64,000 nt of DNA from an uncultured virus (IMG/VR IMGVR_UViG_3300010391_001807) (lineage: Duplodnaviria > Heunggongvirae > Uroviricota > Caudoviricetes). The position numbers and the translations under genes were made by a program. The stretch is taken from the IMG/VR virus record IMGVR_UViG_3300010391_001807; one strand, 5' to 3'. Shown piece by piece: positions 48,221 through 59,400 of this stretch (position 1 is its first letter; each line of letters opens with the position of its first letter). Under the pieces are notes generated by a model. It was not told the DNA's origin, did no database searches, and was given only the letters and a program-made list of their open reading frames with translations.

Positions 48221-49075
48221 CTAGACAATACTAATCTTCGCTGTGGCATAGTCGTTAATTACCGCCATGCCTAATTCCTCGTATACGACCCATCCTAGAC
48301 GTAAATTCTTAGGATCGTCTGCAGGTAATACTGTGATATCCTGACGTACAGGAATCGCACCGACAAACTCGCCTGGAGCTAAGACATAGATGGTGCTTCG
48401 AGGAACCATTGTGCTAACGTGAATATCTGCTGTCCAAATGTGACCGAACAGACCGGACATAATGACATCTCTCTGAGTTGCCTCATCGAAGAAATCTTTA
48501 CCCCAGTTTCTGATATCCTTGTAGCGGTAAGGGTGACAAACGACTTTGGCACCGACTAATTCGTGTTCTTCGATAAGAGCAAGAGCGACGTTAATGTTTG
48601 AAGGGTCCAATGCACCAGTGATGGTCAAGGTATGGACTGCAGGAACGGCGTTGGAGATAACCTTGAAAACTTCGGTATCTTCTTGTCGTTGCAGAGAATC
48701 CTTGGCACGGATCTGGGCACGGTCTACAATATAGTAACGACGGGCACGAATTTCGTTCAGCTTGATGGAAGGGTTAGTAGCAATTTCGAACGTAGGTACT
48801 AACAATTCTTCGGCTTCAACATACATGTCGGGCACACGCCCACGTTTAGGAATAACATAACTCTTAACAGCGATGTCTCTCTCGTAACGAGGAAGGGCAC
48901 CCTGAGGGAGTTCGTCAACCATAAGTAATTTACGACCGATAGCCTGATACTCTAAGCTAATTTTGATAGGTTCTACCATGGCCTGGGCCAAGGCAACTCT
49001 ACCTTCAGGAGAATCAAGTGCTTGGGCGACTACTTGCTCTTTCATCTCATTATCTTGTCTTTTCATCATACTCAT
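48221..49075 (-). CDS. Major capsid protein (HK97-type fold, short)
   Basis: ALAQAMVEPI...RKLLMVDELPQGALPRYERD...VPTFEIATNP...GWVVYEELGMAVIN; strong RBS; follows protease, scaffold and decoration genes; followed by a terminator. Confidence 0.9.
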   Translation of the reverse strand: MSMMKRQDNEMKEQVVAQALDSPEGRVALAQAMVEPIKISLEYQAIGRKLLMVDELPQGALPRYERDIAVKSYVIPKRGRVPDMYVEAEELLVPTFEIATNPSIKLNEIRARRYYIVDRAQIRAKDSLQRQEDTEVFKVISNAVPAVHTLTITGALDPSNINVALALIEEHELVGAKVVCHPYRYKDIRNWGKDFFDEATQRDVIMSGLFGHIWTADIHVSTMVPRSTIYVLAPGEFVGAIPVRQDITVLPADDPKNLRLGWVVYEELGMAVINDYATAKISIV

Positions 49076-49123
49076 AATTCTCTTTACCTCCTGGTAAAAT
49101 TTTAATCTAGCCTTTAATGGGCT

Positions 49124-49726
49124 TTATGCACCAGCGAACACCCATCGGAAGGGAAGTAAACTGTTGCTAACAGCACCAGTTAATCTTGCCATTACGGTAA
49201 GGGTAGTTAAAGCCTGTCCACCATCATCGACAAGCTTTCCAGCATTAGCGAGAATAGCGAAAGTCCAACCATCGTTGATTGCATAAGCAGGAGCAGCACC
49301 AGAGTCGGCATTGGCACCAGATGCAGATGCGGTTGTAACATATTGGTCGCTCATGAATTCTCCACCAACGGAGAAGACTGTTACGCCACGTTTTGCGATA
49401 CCAGAGTCAGTCCAGTTTGTAACGTTGCTGATGGTTTCGTCTTTGTAATCACCAAGTCTGCGGGCTGGCCTCATATAGGGTACCTGATAGACAGGATCGA
49501 TTGGAGCAATGGTATTGCCACTATTGGTTGCGTCGTCTCCGGCGAGACCAGCAATGAAAGCACCAAATTCCGTTCCTGCGGTTGTTCTGGATGCCTTGAT
49601 TAATTCAGGCTCTCCAGTTGTTGAGTTGGTCTGCAAGGCTACCACCATTCCGGCAAGAATGCCAGAAGATGCTGTAGCTAGATAACCACTATTGTAAAAC
49701 ACAGCATTTTTAACGAATAACGCCAT
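49124..49726 (-). CDS. Capsid decoration/cement protein
   Basis: 200-aa Ala/Gly/Thr-rich ORF directly upstream of MCP; AGMVVAL, GLAGDD and GGEFMSDQY motifs. Confidence 0.65.
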   Translation of the reverse strand: MALFVKNAVFYNSGYLATASSGILAGMVVALQTNSTTGEPELIKASRTTAGTEFGAFIAGLAGDDATNSGNTIAPIDPVYQVPYMRPARRLGDYKDETISNVTNWTDSGIAKRGVTVFSVGGEFMSDQYVTTASASGANADSGAAPAYAINDGWTFAILANAGKLVDDGGQALTTLTVMARLTGAVSNSLLPFRWVFAGA

Positions 49727-49757
49727 TTTAATACCTCCTAAGATATTTTATTTCTAA

Positions 49758-51857
49758 TTATTCTTCCTCTTTAGGATATGAGAAAATACCCTTCAAGGCC
49801 TCTTTCATATCAGTGATATGATCGAAAGGTCTTTCTTGGGATGGATTTGGGTTAAAACCAATTCCTGAGGAAGTGAAAGGTTTAGGTGAGGCGTTCCTTT
49901 CCATTCCTTTTCCGGTTTTTGCCACTCTTTCTTGATAGCGTTTCTTTGCCATTGAGGCAATTGTTTGTCGCAAGTGTTCAAGACCAGCGGCGTTTAACAT
50001 CTTGTCTGACATGAATTTCCCGATTGTCTCAGGGATGTCTGTGACTTCGATGTCTTCTGCATATGCCATGACTGCAGCAGTTTCGGCAGCTTTCGCATAT
50101 TTTGCCAAGGTTAATTGCAATTCTTGATTATCTTTTTCTAATTTTGCTACTTTCTTTTGGATGCTAGCATTAACTTCTAGATTATAATTACCATCGCCTT
50201 CGTCATCTTCCTCGGACTTCTTCACTCTAAAACCACCATCATTGTTCAAATCACCGTCGCCACGATTATCTTCTACAACTTCTGCACGATCTTGAGGAGT
50301 CTTGCAATAGGCTTCCCAGTTAGGGCCGCAAGCTTCCTTAATATTCTCTTCATCTGCTGACGCACAAACAGGACAGTAATTTTCTTCGACACATTTGTCG
50401 CATAGTGGAATGTTGTTACCGCAAGTGTCACAGGCAACAACGAATAAAGCTTCTTCTTCTGGGTTGGTACAACCAGCACATTCGACAGTCTTACTAGCCA
50501 AAACGTTGGTTCTGCGTTGGGTAGTTGTGTCTAACTGTGATGGAAGGTCGAAACCTTGGATTAGGTCTTTCTTGCCCCACAAGGCATCTATCTCACCCAT
50601 GGTAGGGAGTGGGTCTTTGGTTTCGTCGATCTTTCGGGTAAATAATCCACCCTCTTTGCCACCCTCGAATTTTTGGACATCGAAGGCTTCTGAATTATTA
50701 GCTAACAATTCAGGGTTCACGGTTGGAATTTTATTTTCAGTGAATTTAGGGTCCCATAATAGGCTGTTCCCTTCACTATTTTCTAAGGTCATTTTTTCGC
50801 CTTTTTGTCCTGGGTTGGCGACACCTCTAGTGGCATCCTCCATCACGAAGTCTTTGCCTTGGGATGATGTATCATTGCCAAGTTTCTTTTCGGTAGATGG
50901 TTTCACATCCTCAGGCATCTGTTGTTCAGCTTCCTTGATGATGCTTGCTAATAGTTCTCTACGAGCGGCTTGTCGCTCTTGGGTACTGCTTTTATCTGTT
51001 TTAGCCATTATGTCATTAACCTCCTTTCTTGGTTTTAATCCTTCTGGCTTTAGTATGGGTGGTCCAAGTCTTTCTGATCCTAACCCTTTTGGTTCTAGTC
51101 CTTCTGGCTCTAATCCTCCAGATTCTAATCCTTCAGATCCTAGTCCTAGTCCTTCTGGTTCTAATCCTTCTAACTCTAACCCTTGTGATTCTAGTCCTTG
51201 TGATAGATTTTCAAGAAGTTTTAGACTTAATGTATATCCTCCTGGTAATTCGATTTGCGTCTCCTCTCCAGGTGATAAGGCCTCTTCGGCAGCACCAATT
51301 TCTGGGCCTCCGAATGCATCGGCGACTTCCGGCTCTTCCTCTTCGGATGGGAACCCAAACTCTTGTGTAAGAGAGCCATCACTGATTTCATCTTCCAGCT
51401 TGCCCATGCCCAACCCTTCGGCTGGAGTTTCCTCTTCTGTTGCTTCAATCACAGAGGCTGGGAATTTTTCTTCTTCATCAGTAATGGGTTCCTTCATAAA
51501 TGGGGGTTTCTTTCCTTGAGGCTTGTCCTCGGGTTCATCGCCCTGGTCTTCATCTTCTTCTGAATGTCCAGGTATTGAAAATTCAGAGCCTTCTTTATCT
51601 TCTTCACGATAATCGTCGTCTTCGTCGTCGTCATCAGCATCAGCATATTTGGCCATAATGTCATTTACATAAGCTTTTCGCAATTTTTCACTAACTAACT
51701 CAGCATGTTGTTTTGATAAACCAACTGTTGATGGGTCCGTTAGATGTTTGATTGCCCGCTCATGTTCAAATTCATCGGTGGCATCTAGCTCTGCCAATTT
51801 GACTGCACGAAGTTTTCTTGCATCTTCTTTACTTCTAGTATTTTCCTGCTTTGTCAT
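49758..51857 (-). CDS. Scaffolding-like acidic protein with zinc finger and coiled coil
   Basis: 699 aa between protease and decoration/MCP; GLEPE repeats; CxxC clusters. Confidence 0.55.
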   Translation of the reverse strand: MTKQENTRSKEDARKLRAVKLAELDATDEFEHERAIKHLTDPSTVGLSKQHAELVSEKLRKAYVNDIMAKYADADDDDEDDDYREEDKEGSEFSIPGHSEEDEDQGDEPEDKPQGKKPPFMKEPITDEEEKFPASVIEATEEETPAEGLGMGKLEDEISDGSLTQEFGFPSEEEEPEVADAFGGPEIGAAEEALSPGEETQIELPGGYTLSLKLLENLSQGLESQGLELEGLEPEGLGLGSEGLESGGLEPEGLEPKGLGSERLGPPILKPEGLKPRKEVNDIMAKTDKSSTQERQAARRELLASIIKEAEQQMPEDVKPSTEKKLGNDTSSQGKDFVMEDATRGVANPGQKGEKMTLENSEGNSLLWDPKFTENKIPTVNPELLANNSEAFDVQKFEGGKEGGLFTRKIDETKDPLPTMGEIDALWGKKDLIQGFDLPSQLDTTTQRRTNVLASKTVECAGCTNPEEEALFVVACDTCGNNIPLCDKCVEENYCPVCASADEENIKEACGPNWEAYCKTPQDRAEVVEDNRGDGDLNNDGGFRVKKSEEDDEGDGNYNLEVNASIQKKVAKLEKDNQELQLTLAKYAKAAETAAVMAYAEDIEVTDIPETIGKFMSDKMLNAAGLEHLRQTIASMAKKRYQERVAKTGKGMERNASPKPFTSSGIGFNPNPSQERPFDHITDMKEALKGIFSYPKEEE
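51040..51200. repeat. Degenerate 15-bp coding repeats (GLEPE/GLESQ)
   Basis: Repeated (t)ctaatccttc(tgg) units. Confidence 0.65.
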
Positions 51858-51903
51858 ATCAGGGCTTTCCTCCTTTTTACAAAAATATAACCATCATACT
51901 TTG

Positions 51904-51931
51904 ATTAAATATACTTATGTATTTAACCTGC
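51904..51931 (-). promoter_or_regulatory. Conserved phage promoter motif GCAGG-N19-TAAT
   Basis: GCAGG ttaaatacataagtatatt TAAT, heading the scaffold-decoration-MCP operon. Confidence 0.7.
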
Positions 51932-51953
51932 AAAATGATTTAAAATATTTAAC

Positions 51954-51985
51954 ATGAGGGAGAAATTATTAAATTTCTCCCTCAT
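51954..51985 (-). terminator. Hairpin after the protease gene
   Basis: ATGAGGGAGAAATT-atta-AATTTCTCCCTCAT. Confidence 0.65.
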
Positions 51986-51996
51986 TATATTCTTTG

Positions 51997-54900
51997 CTAT
52001 TCACTTAAAGGCGGCAATAAATAAGAAACGGTAAAGATCAACTTGTCATCATGTTTCTTACTAGCGGTTACGTTGATTTTCCCTATCGTCCCACACTTGT
52101 CACAATAGTAATCACTCTTGGCCCGGTGGACTTGCTTGTTGCCACAGGCAATACAAACAGTTCCCGGTGGTTTAGGGCCAGCAATCTGTTCATCGGTCAA
52201 ACCTTCGATCTTATGCTTGGCCAACTTCACAAATTGCTCAGGAGTTCCATACCAACTAACTGAGGCAGCCATTGGCATTCCTCCGCCCATTGGAGCCCCG
52301 CCCATTGGAGCGGCAGGGCCAGCAGGTGGAGCCCCACCAGCAGGACCAGCAGCAGGAGGGCCAGGAGGTGCTAATGCAGCCCCCAAGCCCTCAGGAGCAG
52401 TTTCTTCTCCAGGCTGATCGGCTGTTTCATCAGGGGTTACGATATTATCAAGAGAAATCTTGATGTCGAACTTGGTATGACAATCTCCACATTCGCCTCT
52501 TCCGACTGCTAAGTCAACATTGGTTGAACCACAAGCAGGACAGATGGAACCGATTGGTTTGATGTCACCAGGGGCAGCCATTGAATCTAGATTAGTATCT
52601 TCATCTTCGGCTCCCTCAGGACCAAGTAATGCGGAAAGACCAGGGCCTCCCATTGCGTCTGATGGAGGAGCACCTGGGGCACCGGCCCCACCAACATCTC
52701 CCATTCCTCCGCCGCCAGCAGGAGGTGGAGCGGCCTGGGCTTCTCTAATTAACGCTTCTCGGCGTTCCTTACGATTAGCTTTGGCCATTGGAGTCATGAA
52801 TGTTTCATCTATTCCACCGCCCTCTACTCCACTCTCAACTCCGGCATGAAATTCTGGAGTTTCAGGAGTATTCATTTCAATAGGTTCGTCACCAAATTCT
52901 TTGACGATTGTGCTTTGAATGGTTGCGACAACCTCTCGGGTATCATTATTAACACTGAGTCTCGTAAAATTAAAAGTCTCAGGGTCTACTCTATAACCTT
53001 TGTTCTGTAAAAAAGCGATGGAATAATCTCTCACAGTGTCTGCAAATTCATCACTTGAAGGATCTGCGTTGGGGATTTCGTCCATGCTCATGCGGATTTC
53101 GCGAACTGTGTCAGTTCGGTCGCTCATTGAGGCAGCTTCTTTGACATTATCATTTCGGGCTTGGATTGCAGCATTAACCAAGATTTTGCCATTCTCTCCA
53201 CTGGCCGCTAATTTCTTAGCAACTTGCCAAATGAGATGACTAGGCATTTCTTTCTTATCATTGCTTTCTAAGGCCTCAGCATAATCTGCCAAAGAGGCAA
53301 ATAATGAGGTTTTAATATCTTCTAAACCAATATCTTCCGTACTGGCTTGTTTGCCCCAATACTCTTTTCGCTCTTTGTTACGGATTCTAGACGCTACTGA
53401 ATTTGGTAATCTTTCGGTCTCAATGGACATTAAAGCTTCTTGATTGTCTTCAATGCCGTCAATGACCTCAAATATCTCTTCTGGCGTTGCCCCAGTTTCA
53501 CTAGCGGTTTCGGCTACTGCGAAAAGAGCCACTTTTAAATGTGAGCGGTCCAATGGTTGGTCAGATACTTCAGAAATTGATGCATAAACCGCACCTCTAA
53601 TTAAATCTTCCTGACTCTTTTCATCATCAGAAGATAATATAATATTTTGAGGGTTATTGTTAGCAATTTTAGTAATTACTCTCTTCATATCCCCTCTAGG
53701 TGCTTCTGCAATAATCTTCAAAGCATCTTTGATATTCTTAGGCGAAATATCTTCGTTTTCGATGAAGATGTCAGCGATTCTCTCATTAAAGGAAACATCA
53801 ATAGCCTTTAGTGCTGGCTTGTCCAGCCCTAACTCTGCTCTTTCTCTAGTAGCCAATCTCTTTTTATAATCTTTTTCATTCATGAACGCAGCTACATCAG
53901 TAAGTTTGTGGTCAGTTGCAAATTTTTCTGCAAATTCGATGGCTTCAGATGGAGATACTCTAGCTTCAACAACCATATGAGCCAAGGCGGTTTGAGCGGC
54001 TCCGGCAACATGTACTGGATTAGCAGATTTGGACCTACGGCTTTCTAGACGATGCTCATGAACACGAACATCTTCTCCTTTGCGAACGTCACCCAGTTGT
54101 TCTTCTTGCACATCTTCTGGATTACCCTTGCGGCCCCAGACTGTAGCACTGTCTTCGGAAAGCTGTACTTCTCGAACATCAGTTGGGTTGCCCGTGCGGA
54201 CTGCAGAAATCTGTTCTTCTTGAACATCTTCAGGATTTCCCTTTCGTTTGTCACCAATCTGTACCTCTTGGACATCTTCTGGGTTGCCAGAACGTTTCTT
54301 TGAGATCTGTTCTTCTTGAACGTCACTAGGGGTCTGAACGGAGACGGCGGCGGTCTTAATAAAACCAACAAATTCATTCATTAATTTGTCAGTAACAGAA
54401 GCAATGCGATTCTCACGAATGGCATCGGCATCATCACTGTTTAATGTAGTTGGCTCCCAATCTGTTTTCTGGTCATTGTAATAACCAAGAATTTCTTCAT
54501 CTGTTTTGTCACTAATGATAACCTTATATCGGCCATTATCACGACTGGCGATGATTGGTTGTTCTACAACAGTAGCCATTTTGTTCATAATTGCACTGGC
54601 TACTCTTTCATTTAAACTTTTCATTGATACTCCTCCTTCTTGAATAGTTGATTCAAATGTTTCTTCAGATTTTATATCCAAAGAATCTAAAATAGAGCCT
54701 AGCCTGACATTGGCATTATTCAGATTTTGAGAAAACTTATTCCATTTTTTCTCAATGCCAGTAGATACTGTTTGTAAGAATCCAGGAGGCTCCAACGCCG
54801 GACTCACTTGGAATGGGACATTATTAACTGCATTCCCAAGTACATTTGCAACGGGTTGTGTCTGTAGGGGTTGAGCAGGAGCTTCTTGCCCCATTGCTCT

Positions 54901-56199
54901 TCCAACATCCCCCGCAGCCGTATAATCATTAGGAGCCGCAATCTGTTGAGACTGATCTGGCTGTCCTAACCCTCCTTCGTTGCCAGGAGGTAGAGTGGCA
55001 GCTTCTGATAAAGTTCCGATACCATCATCGATCATGTCGGATACTTCTTGCTGGATGTCAGCCATGGCTTTAGATAGTTTGGCAACATGAGTTAAATCAA
55101 TGTTGTCTTTTCTGCTTAATAGATTAATGATGACAGATTCAACTTTATTCAATACATCGTTTAATGTATCTAAAATGCTAAACGCCGTCTTCTCCATTCC
55201 AGCAGTCTTGTGCATGTTCTGAATGACCGCCCCAGAAAAGACATCAATTTTTTCCAAAATCCCCTTAGACTCGTCCAGGTAATGAGTTAATTCAAGGCTG
55301 GCCGATGTTGCCCGCCTTTGCATGATCCCTTGGATATTTTGGTCTACCAAACTACTAATGTTACTGGCCGTTCTGCGTAATTTATCAGCATATGTGATAA
55401 CTTCTTGATGTGGTAACACTTTGTCAATCTCACAATTCGCGAAAGCTCCATCGGAAACTATTGATAACTCAATAAATTTCAAATCATGGTTTTCTTCATA
55501 AACAACTTCATCTGTTACCTTTTGGCCTTTTCTCTTCCCTTTATCAATGACGCCACTAAATTTCTTTCCCTTCCTAGTTTTTAAATGGTCACACCATTCT
55601 GATTCCTTCTCTGCTTTATGCCCGCAAAGTGAACACTCAGAAAATTCAACCTGTGCTCCCATTGATACGTCACTTATGGTGCCAATCTGAATGGAACGGG
55701 CAATGTCGCCATAAGCAGCCATATCTACATAAAAAGTACACCAGACGCACTTGTTTTCCTCATCTAATTCAGCAAATATAACCTTGCCCTTTGCTTTACT
55801 TATATCTCCATTTTCATGGTTGGTATAAACCGGAACGCCTTCGAAAGATTTATATGCTGCAATTTTTTTCTTATCACGATCACTTTGTATTTCTCTCTCT
55901 TTAGTTATTTCTTCCCAAGAGAAATAATCGCCATTTTCATTGACTACATTAGCATCAATGGCCCTGGCCCTGACCCATAATAAGTCAGTATCTCTTTTCT
56001 TCATCTCGTCTACAATGTCAAACCCAACGCTCTTGTAATGTTCAATGACATCCTCGGGCTCTTCATATAAATTCTGTTTTCCAATTCTACCTGTGGTATC
56101 AGCCGTGCGAAGCATCTGTGAACGAACCAAATTCCCATCTGGATGTAAAATTTCCATACTATTAATAGGGATTCTTATTTCCCTACGTTCAAATGCCAT
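51997..56199 (-). CDS. Prohead (capsid maturation) protease with very long multidomain extension
   Basis: NENGDYF, KSFEGVPVYTNH, GKVI, DVSMG...CSLCG...CDH and FIELSIVSDGA; located between portal and MCP. Confidence 0.85.
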   Translation of the reverse strand: MAFERREIRIPINSMEILHPDGNLVRSQMLRTADTTGRIGKQNLYEEPEDVIEHYKSVGFDIVDEMKKRDTDLLWVRARAIDANVVNENGDYFSWEEITKEREIQSDRDKKKIAAYKSFEGVPVYTNHENGDISKAKGKVIFAELDEENKCVWCTFYVDMAAYGDIARSIQIGTISDVSMGAQVEFSECSLCGHKAEKESEWCDHLKTRKGKKFSGVIDKGKRKGQKVTDEVVYEENHDLKFIELSIVSDGAFANCEIDKVLPHQEVITYADKLRRTASNISSLVDQNIQGIMQRRATSASLELTHYLDESKGILEKIDVFSGAVIQNMHKTAGMEKTAFSILDTLNDVLNKVESVIINLLSRKDNIDLTHVAKLSKAMADIQQEVSDMIDDGIGTLSEAATLPPGNEGGLGQPDQSQQIAAPNDYTAAGDVGRAMGQEAPAQPLQTQPVANVLGNAVNNVPFQVSPALEPPGFLQTVSTGIEKKWNKFSQNLNNANVRLGSILDSLDIKSEETFESTIQEGGVSMKSLNERVASAIMNKMATVVEQPIIASRDNGRYKVIISDKTDEEILGYYNDQKTDWEPTTLNSDDADAIRENRIASVTDKLMNEFVGFIKTAAVSVQTPSDVQEEQISKKRSGNPEDVQEVQIGDKRKGNPEDVQEEQISAVRTGNPTDVREVQLSEDSATVWGRKGNPEDVQEEQLGDVRKGEDVRVHEHRLESRRSKSANPVHVAGAAQTALAHMVVEARVSPSEAIEFAEKFATDHKLTDVAAFMNEKDYKKRLATRERAELGLDKPALKAIDVSFNERIADIFIENEDISPKNIKDALKIIAEAPRGDMKRVITKIANNNPQNIILSSDDEKSQEDLIRGAVYASISEVSDQPLDRSHLKVALFAVAETASETGATPEEIFEVIDGIEDNQEALMSIETERLPNSVASRIRNKERKEYWGKQASTEDIGLEDIKTSLFASLADYAEALESNDKKEMPSHLIWQVAKKLAASGENGKILVNAAIQARNDNVKEAASMSDRTDTVREIRMSMDEIPNADPSSDEFADTVRDYSIAFLQNKGYRVDPETFNFTRLSVNNDTREVVATIQSTIVKEFGDEPIEMNTPETPEFHAGVESGVEGGGIDETFMTPMAKANRKERREALIREAQAAPPPAGGGGMGDVGGAGAPGAPPSDAMGGPGLSALLGPEGAEDEDTNLDSMAAPGDIKPIGSICPACGSTNVDLAVGRGECGDCHTKFDIKISLDNIVTPDETADQPGEETAPEGLGAALAPPGPPAAGPAGGAPPAGPAAPMGGAPMGGGMPMAASVSWYGTPEQFVKLAKHKIEGLTDEQIAGPKPPGTVCIACGNKQVHRAKSDYYCDKCGTIGKINVTASKKHDDKLIFTVSYLLPPLSE

Positions 56200-56245
56200 A
56201 GTCTCAAACCTCCAAAATAGGAGTCGTTAAAATAGTAATATGTAT

Positions 56246-56273
56246 TTTAACACTAGCATGATATTAAACCTGC
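56246..56273 (-). promoter_or_regulatory. Conserved phage promoter motif GCAGG-N19-TAAA
   Basis: GCAGG tttaatatcatgctagtgt TAAA. Confidence 0.65.
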
Positions 56274-56280
56274 AAACAAC

Positions 56281-56306
56281 AGAAAAAACATCACTACGGT
56301 GATGTT
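56281..56306 (-). terminator. Intrinsic terminator after the portal gene
   Basis: Minus strand AACATCAC-cgta-GTGATGTT followed by TTTT. Confidence 0.6.
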
Positions 56307-56468
56307 CCTCTCTTACTAATAATCTTATTTATTTTCTCTTTTGACTAGAATAGACATATATTATGTTCGGACTCTAACTTTTTGTCTATTGATGCTATAA
56401 TTCTCATTAAATAAAATGTTGAATATTTTTCTAAATATTCTTCCATGTTACATGATGATTTCTCCATT

Positions 56469-59400
56469 CTATTGTGCCTGCTTGGGGGAAGTGGCCCCCT
56501 GCTTAGTCATTTCGGGTTCCTCTTGAGCAATTGTCCGATTAATTGGTTGACTCTTCTGGTTAATTGCATTTGTAATGACTTTTACTACATCCTGCATTTT
56601 TTCTTCGATTTCGCCCTCAGTAAATCTTAAAACCAACCACCCCTGTGAGGCAAGCTGGGTGTCACGATAACGATCTTTTTGAACCTTGTCATCATCTATG
56701 TGCCAAGTTTCACCATCGGCTTCGACCGCAACTTTAATGTCTGGGAAAGCACCATCCACTCTAAATTGATGATTACCATTAACTAAATACTGCATGAAGA
56801 ATTTCAACGGATAATTCTGTGACATAACCGCTTGATATAATTTAGCTTCAATAGAGGTCACTGGTGGTTTGTAGCCAATATTTTTATCTTTTTGTTTAGG
56901 ATCTGGAGTTCCCATCAATCCTGCAGTTTTATAATGTTTTGTGATGATTTTGTCATAAACATTTGCATTAGAAGCATACAAGTATGATAATGGATAGCCT
57001 GGGGCTCCCCAGGTTGGAGTAATATCTAATAGAGCAATGGCATCTGCTTCTTCTGGCAATTCACCTCTGGCCCCATTTCCATCAACGATTCTATTCATGT
57101 CTGGCAAAAAGACATTCATGGTTTCAGTTGTTCCTGCAGTGCGAACCATGTTCCCAATATGTTGAGAGGCAGCTACTACTGTTCTATAATTCTCACTTAG
57201 AGCATTAGCTGTTGCTGCGGCAGGAGCCCCACCGGGAGCCCCACCTGGAGCCCCGCCCATGGCTCCTCCAGGCATTCCGCCCTCTGCAACAGGAGGCATT
57301 CCTCCCATATCCCCACCCTCAGGCATGCCACCGCCCATCGCCGGAGGCATTACTGGCCCTCCGCCACCATAACCCCCTCCCGCTACATCTCCCGTGCCTA
57401 CTCCTAATCCAAGATTTGGACTGGCAAACATTTCTGACATTTCCTCTAACCTCATATTCTCAATTTCATTGTCCATATCTAAACCAAGGCCCTCTTCAAT
57501 GAATGTTCTGGCCGATAAATCACCATTAGTCCTGGCCTGCCACATGAATTGTAATTTTTGAGAATTGTCTCTTAATTTTAAGTCATCCCAACGAACTGTT
57601 GGATAAATATACTCTGTTTCTCCTCTTCTATTCTTATGAGTGAACCCATTAAATTCTGCAACTGGCTTGAATACTTTTTCCTCTAACCAGTTAGCAATTA
57701 AATTTCTTACGCTTTCTAAACGCTTGATGACAATTTCTACGGCAACCTGGGCATTAGAATAAGTAGGACCTTCGCCAGATAAAATGGCCTTCGTCAAACC
57801 TAAACCATCAACCATCTCATTTTCAATCTGTTCAACTTCATTAGTTAATTGTAGGACCTTCCCAGAATTACCATGAATACCTATTTTACCATTTCTTTTA
57901 GTAATAAACAATCCAGTTGGTACTTGTAGACACCAAACAATATCATTATATGATTCTTTTGATATGTTTCTAGATCTAATTTCTCTAGTTTCCTGTTTAG
58001 TTTCAGGCCAATAAATTCTATAAATAGGTAATGGCGTATCTGTTTTATTAGTTTTTCTAATAGTTTCCATAGATACTTTAGGATTATATCCAAGTTTAAT
58101 TAAAATTTCTTGAACATTATCTGCTAATTCTTTAGATGTTGTAGAATATCTATTTTTACTTTTATTATTACAAGTGACAATATCTCCGTCACCATCCATT
58201 AAAGCATCTAATAATATGGATAATTGTGATTGTGGCAAGTTTAACATCCATTGTGGGATTTTTTTACCATACGATTTAATACCAAATTCATTCACCAAAT
58301 ATCTAGACAATTTAATATCATGTATTTTAAAATTTCTAACCTTTTCATTATTAATAGATGTTTTATATTTATTCTTAAAACACTTCTCTATATTTGATAA
58401 TATTTTATAATATGAATTATTATTTTCTTTTTGGTATATATATGTAGTTCCATTTAATTTATTTTCTTTGCTTGATCTTTGTTGGCTTCCTTCTGCAATA
58501 TAATATCCAATAAATCTAATAAAATCATTTAACTGTATATCTTTTAATATATCTATATTAGTATATGGATAATGATCTAAAAGAGAGCCAGCCCAATCTA
58601 CAGATGATAAAACTTTATCAAACTCTTGTATTTCATCAGCCCTAACTTTCATCCATTTAAAATCATATCTATTTTCTTCTTTATTCCATTTTCTCTTTTT
58701 TATCCATAACATATGGTTAGGAGTAACTAAAGAATCATAATGCTTACCATGAATATTAATCATCGGCCCATAAGTTTCAGAATTGTAATCATAAATATAT
58801 TTTTCTTCATATTTATAATATTCTAACTTATTATTTTCTGGATTATAGCAAGCAATATTATCATCTTCTAATACATCTGTATATTTTTTGAATCCATTTT
58901 TAGTTAATACTTCTGTATCTGAAGAATAACAAGCTCCAACATAGTCATATTCAAAATCATGGTAAGTGACCAAAGTTGCAATTGGGTCATTAGCGATCTC
59001 TGCTAGTCTGGCTTGCAAATCATCAATATCTTGTTGGCTTGCAGGGCGATTATCACTGCCAATTTTGACAATTTTGATAGGGACAATGTGTCTTTCGGCG
59101 ACGATCCACTGAGCCTGTCGGAGTTTATCCTTGTAGGCTAGAGTAGGAAATAGACGGCGAATTAATGGGACCCCATAGGTTGCATACGGCGGAGCCCCAT
59201 GTTTAAAATGATGGATAGTTAAAGGATCTAGAGGAATTTTCTGGTTGGACCGCACTAATTTCTTAAGATGCTCTGGAATTCTAGCAACCACATCTTTCGG
59301 CTTATTATCCTGAACCAACTTCTTCAATTCATTATTTGGGGTTAAATAGATTCTAGCTGCCTCAGGAGACAATGGCACGGGAATAACTTCCACTGTCAAC

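Noticed and set aside
50395..51519. 374-aa plus-strand ORF and other short antisense ORFs
   Set aside because: These are shadow frames of low-complexity minus-strand genes, with Ser/Pro-rich composition and no RBS
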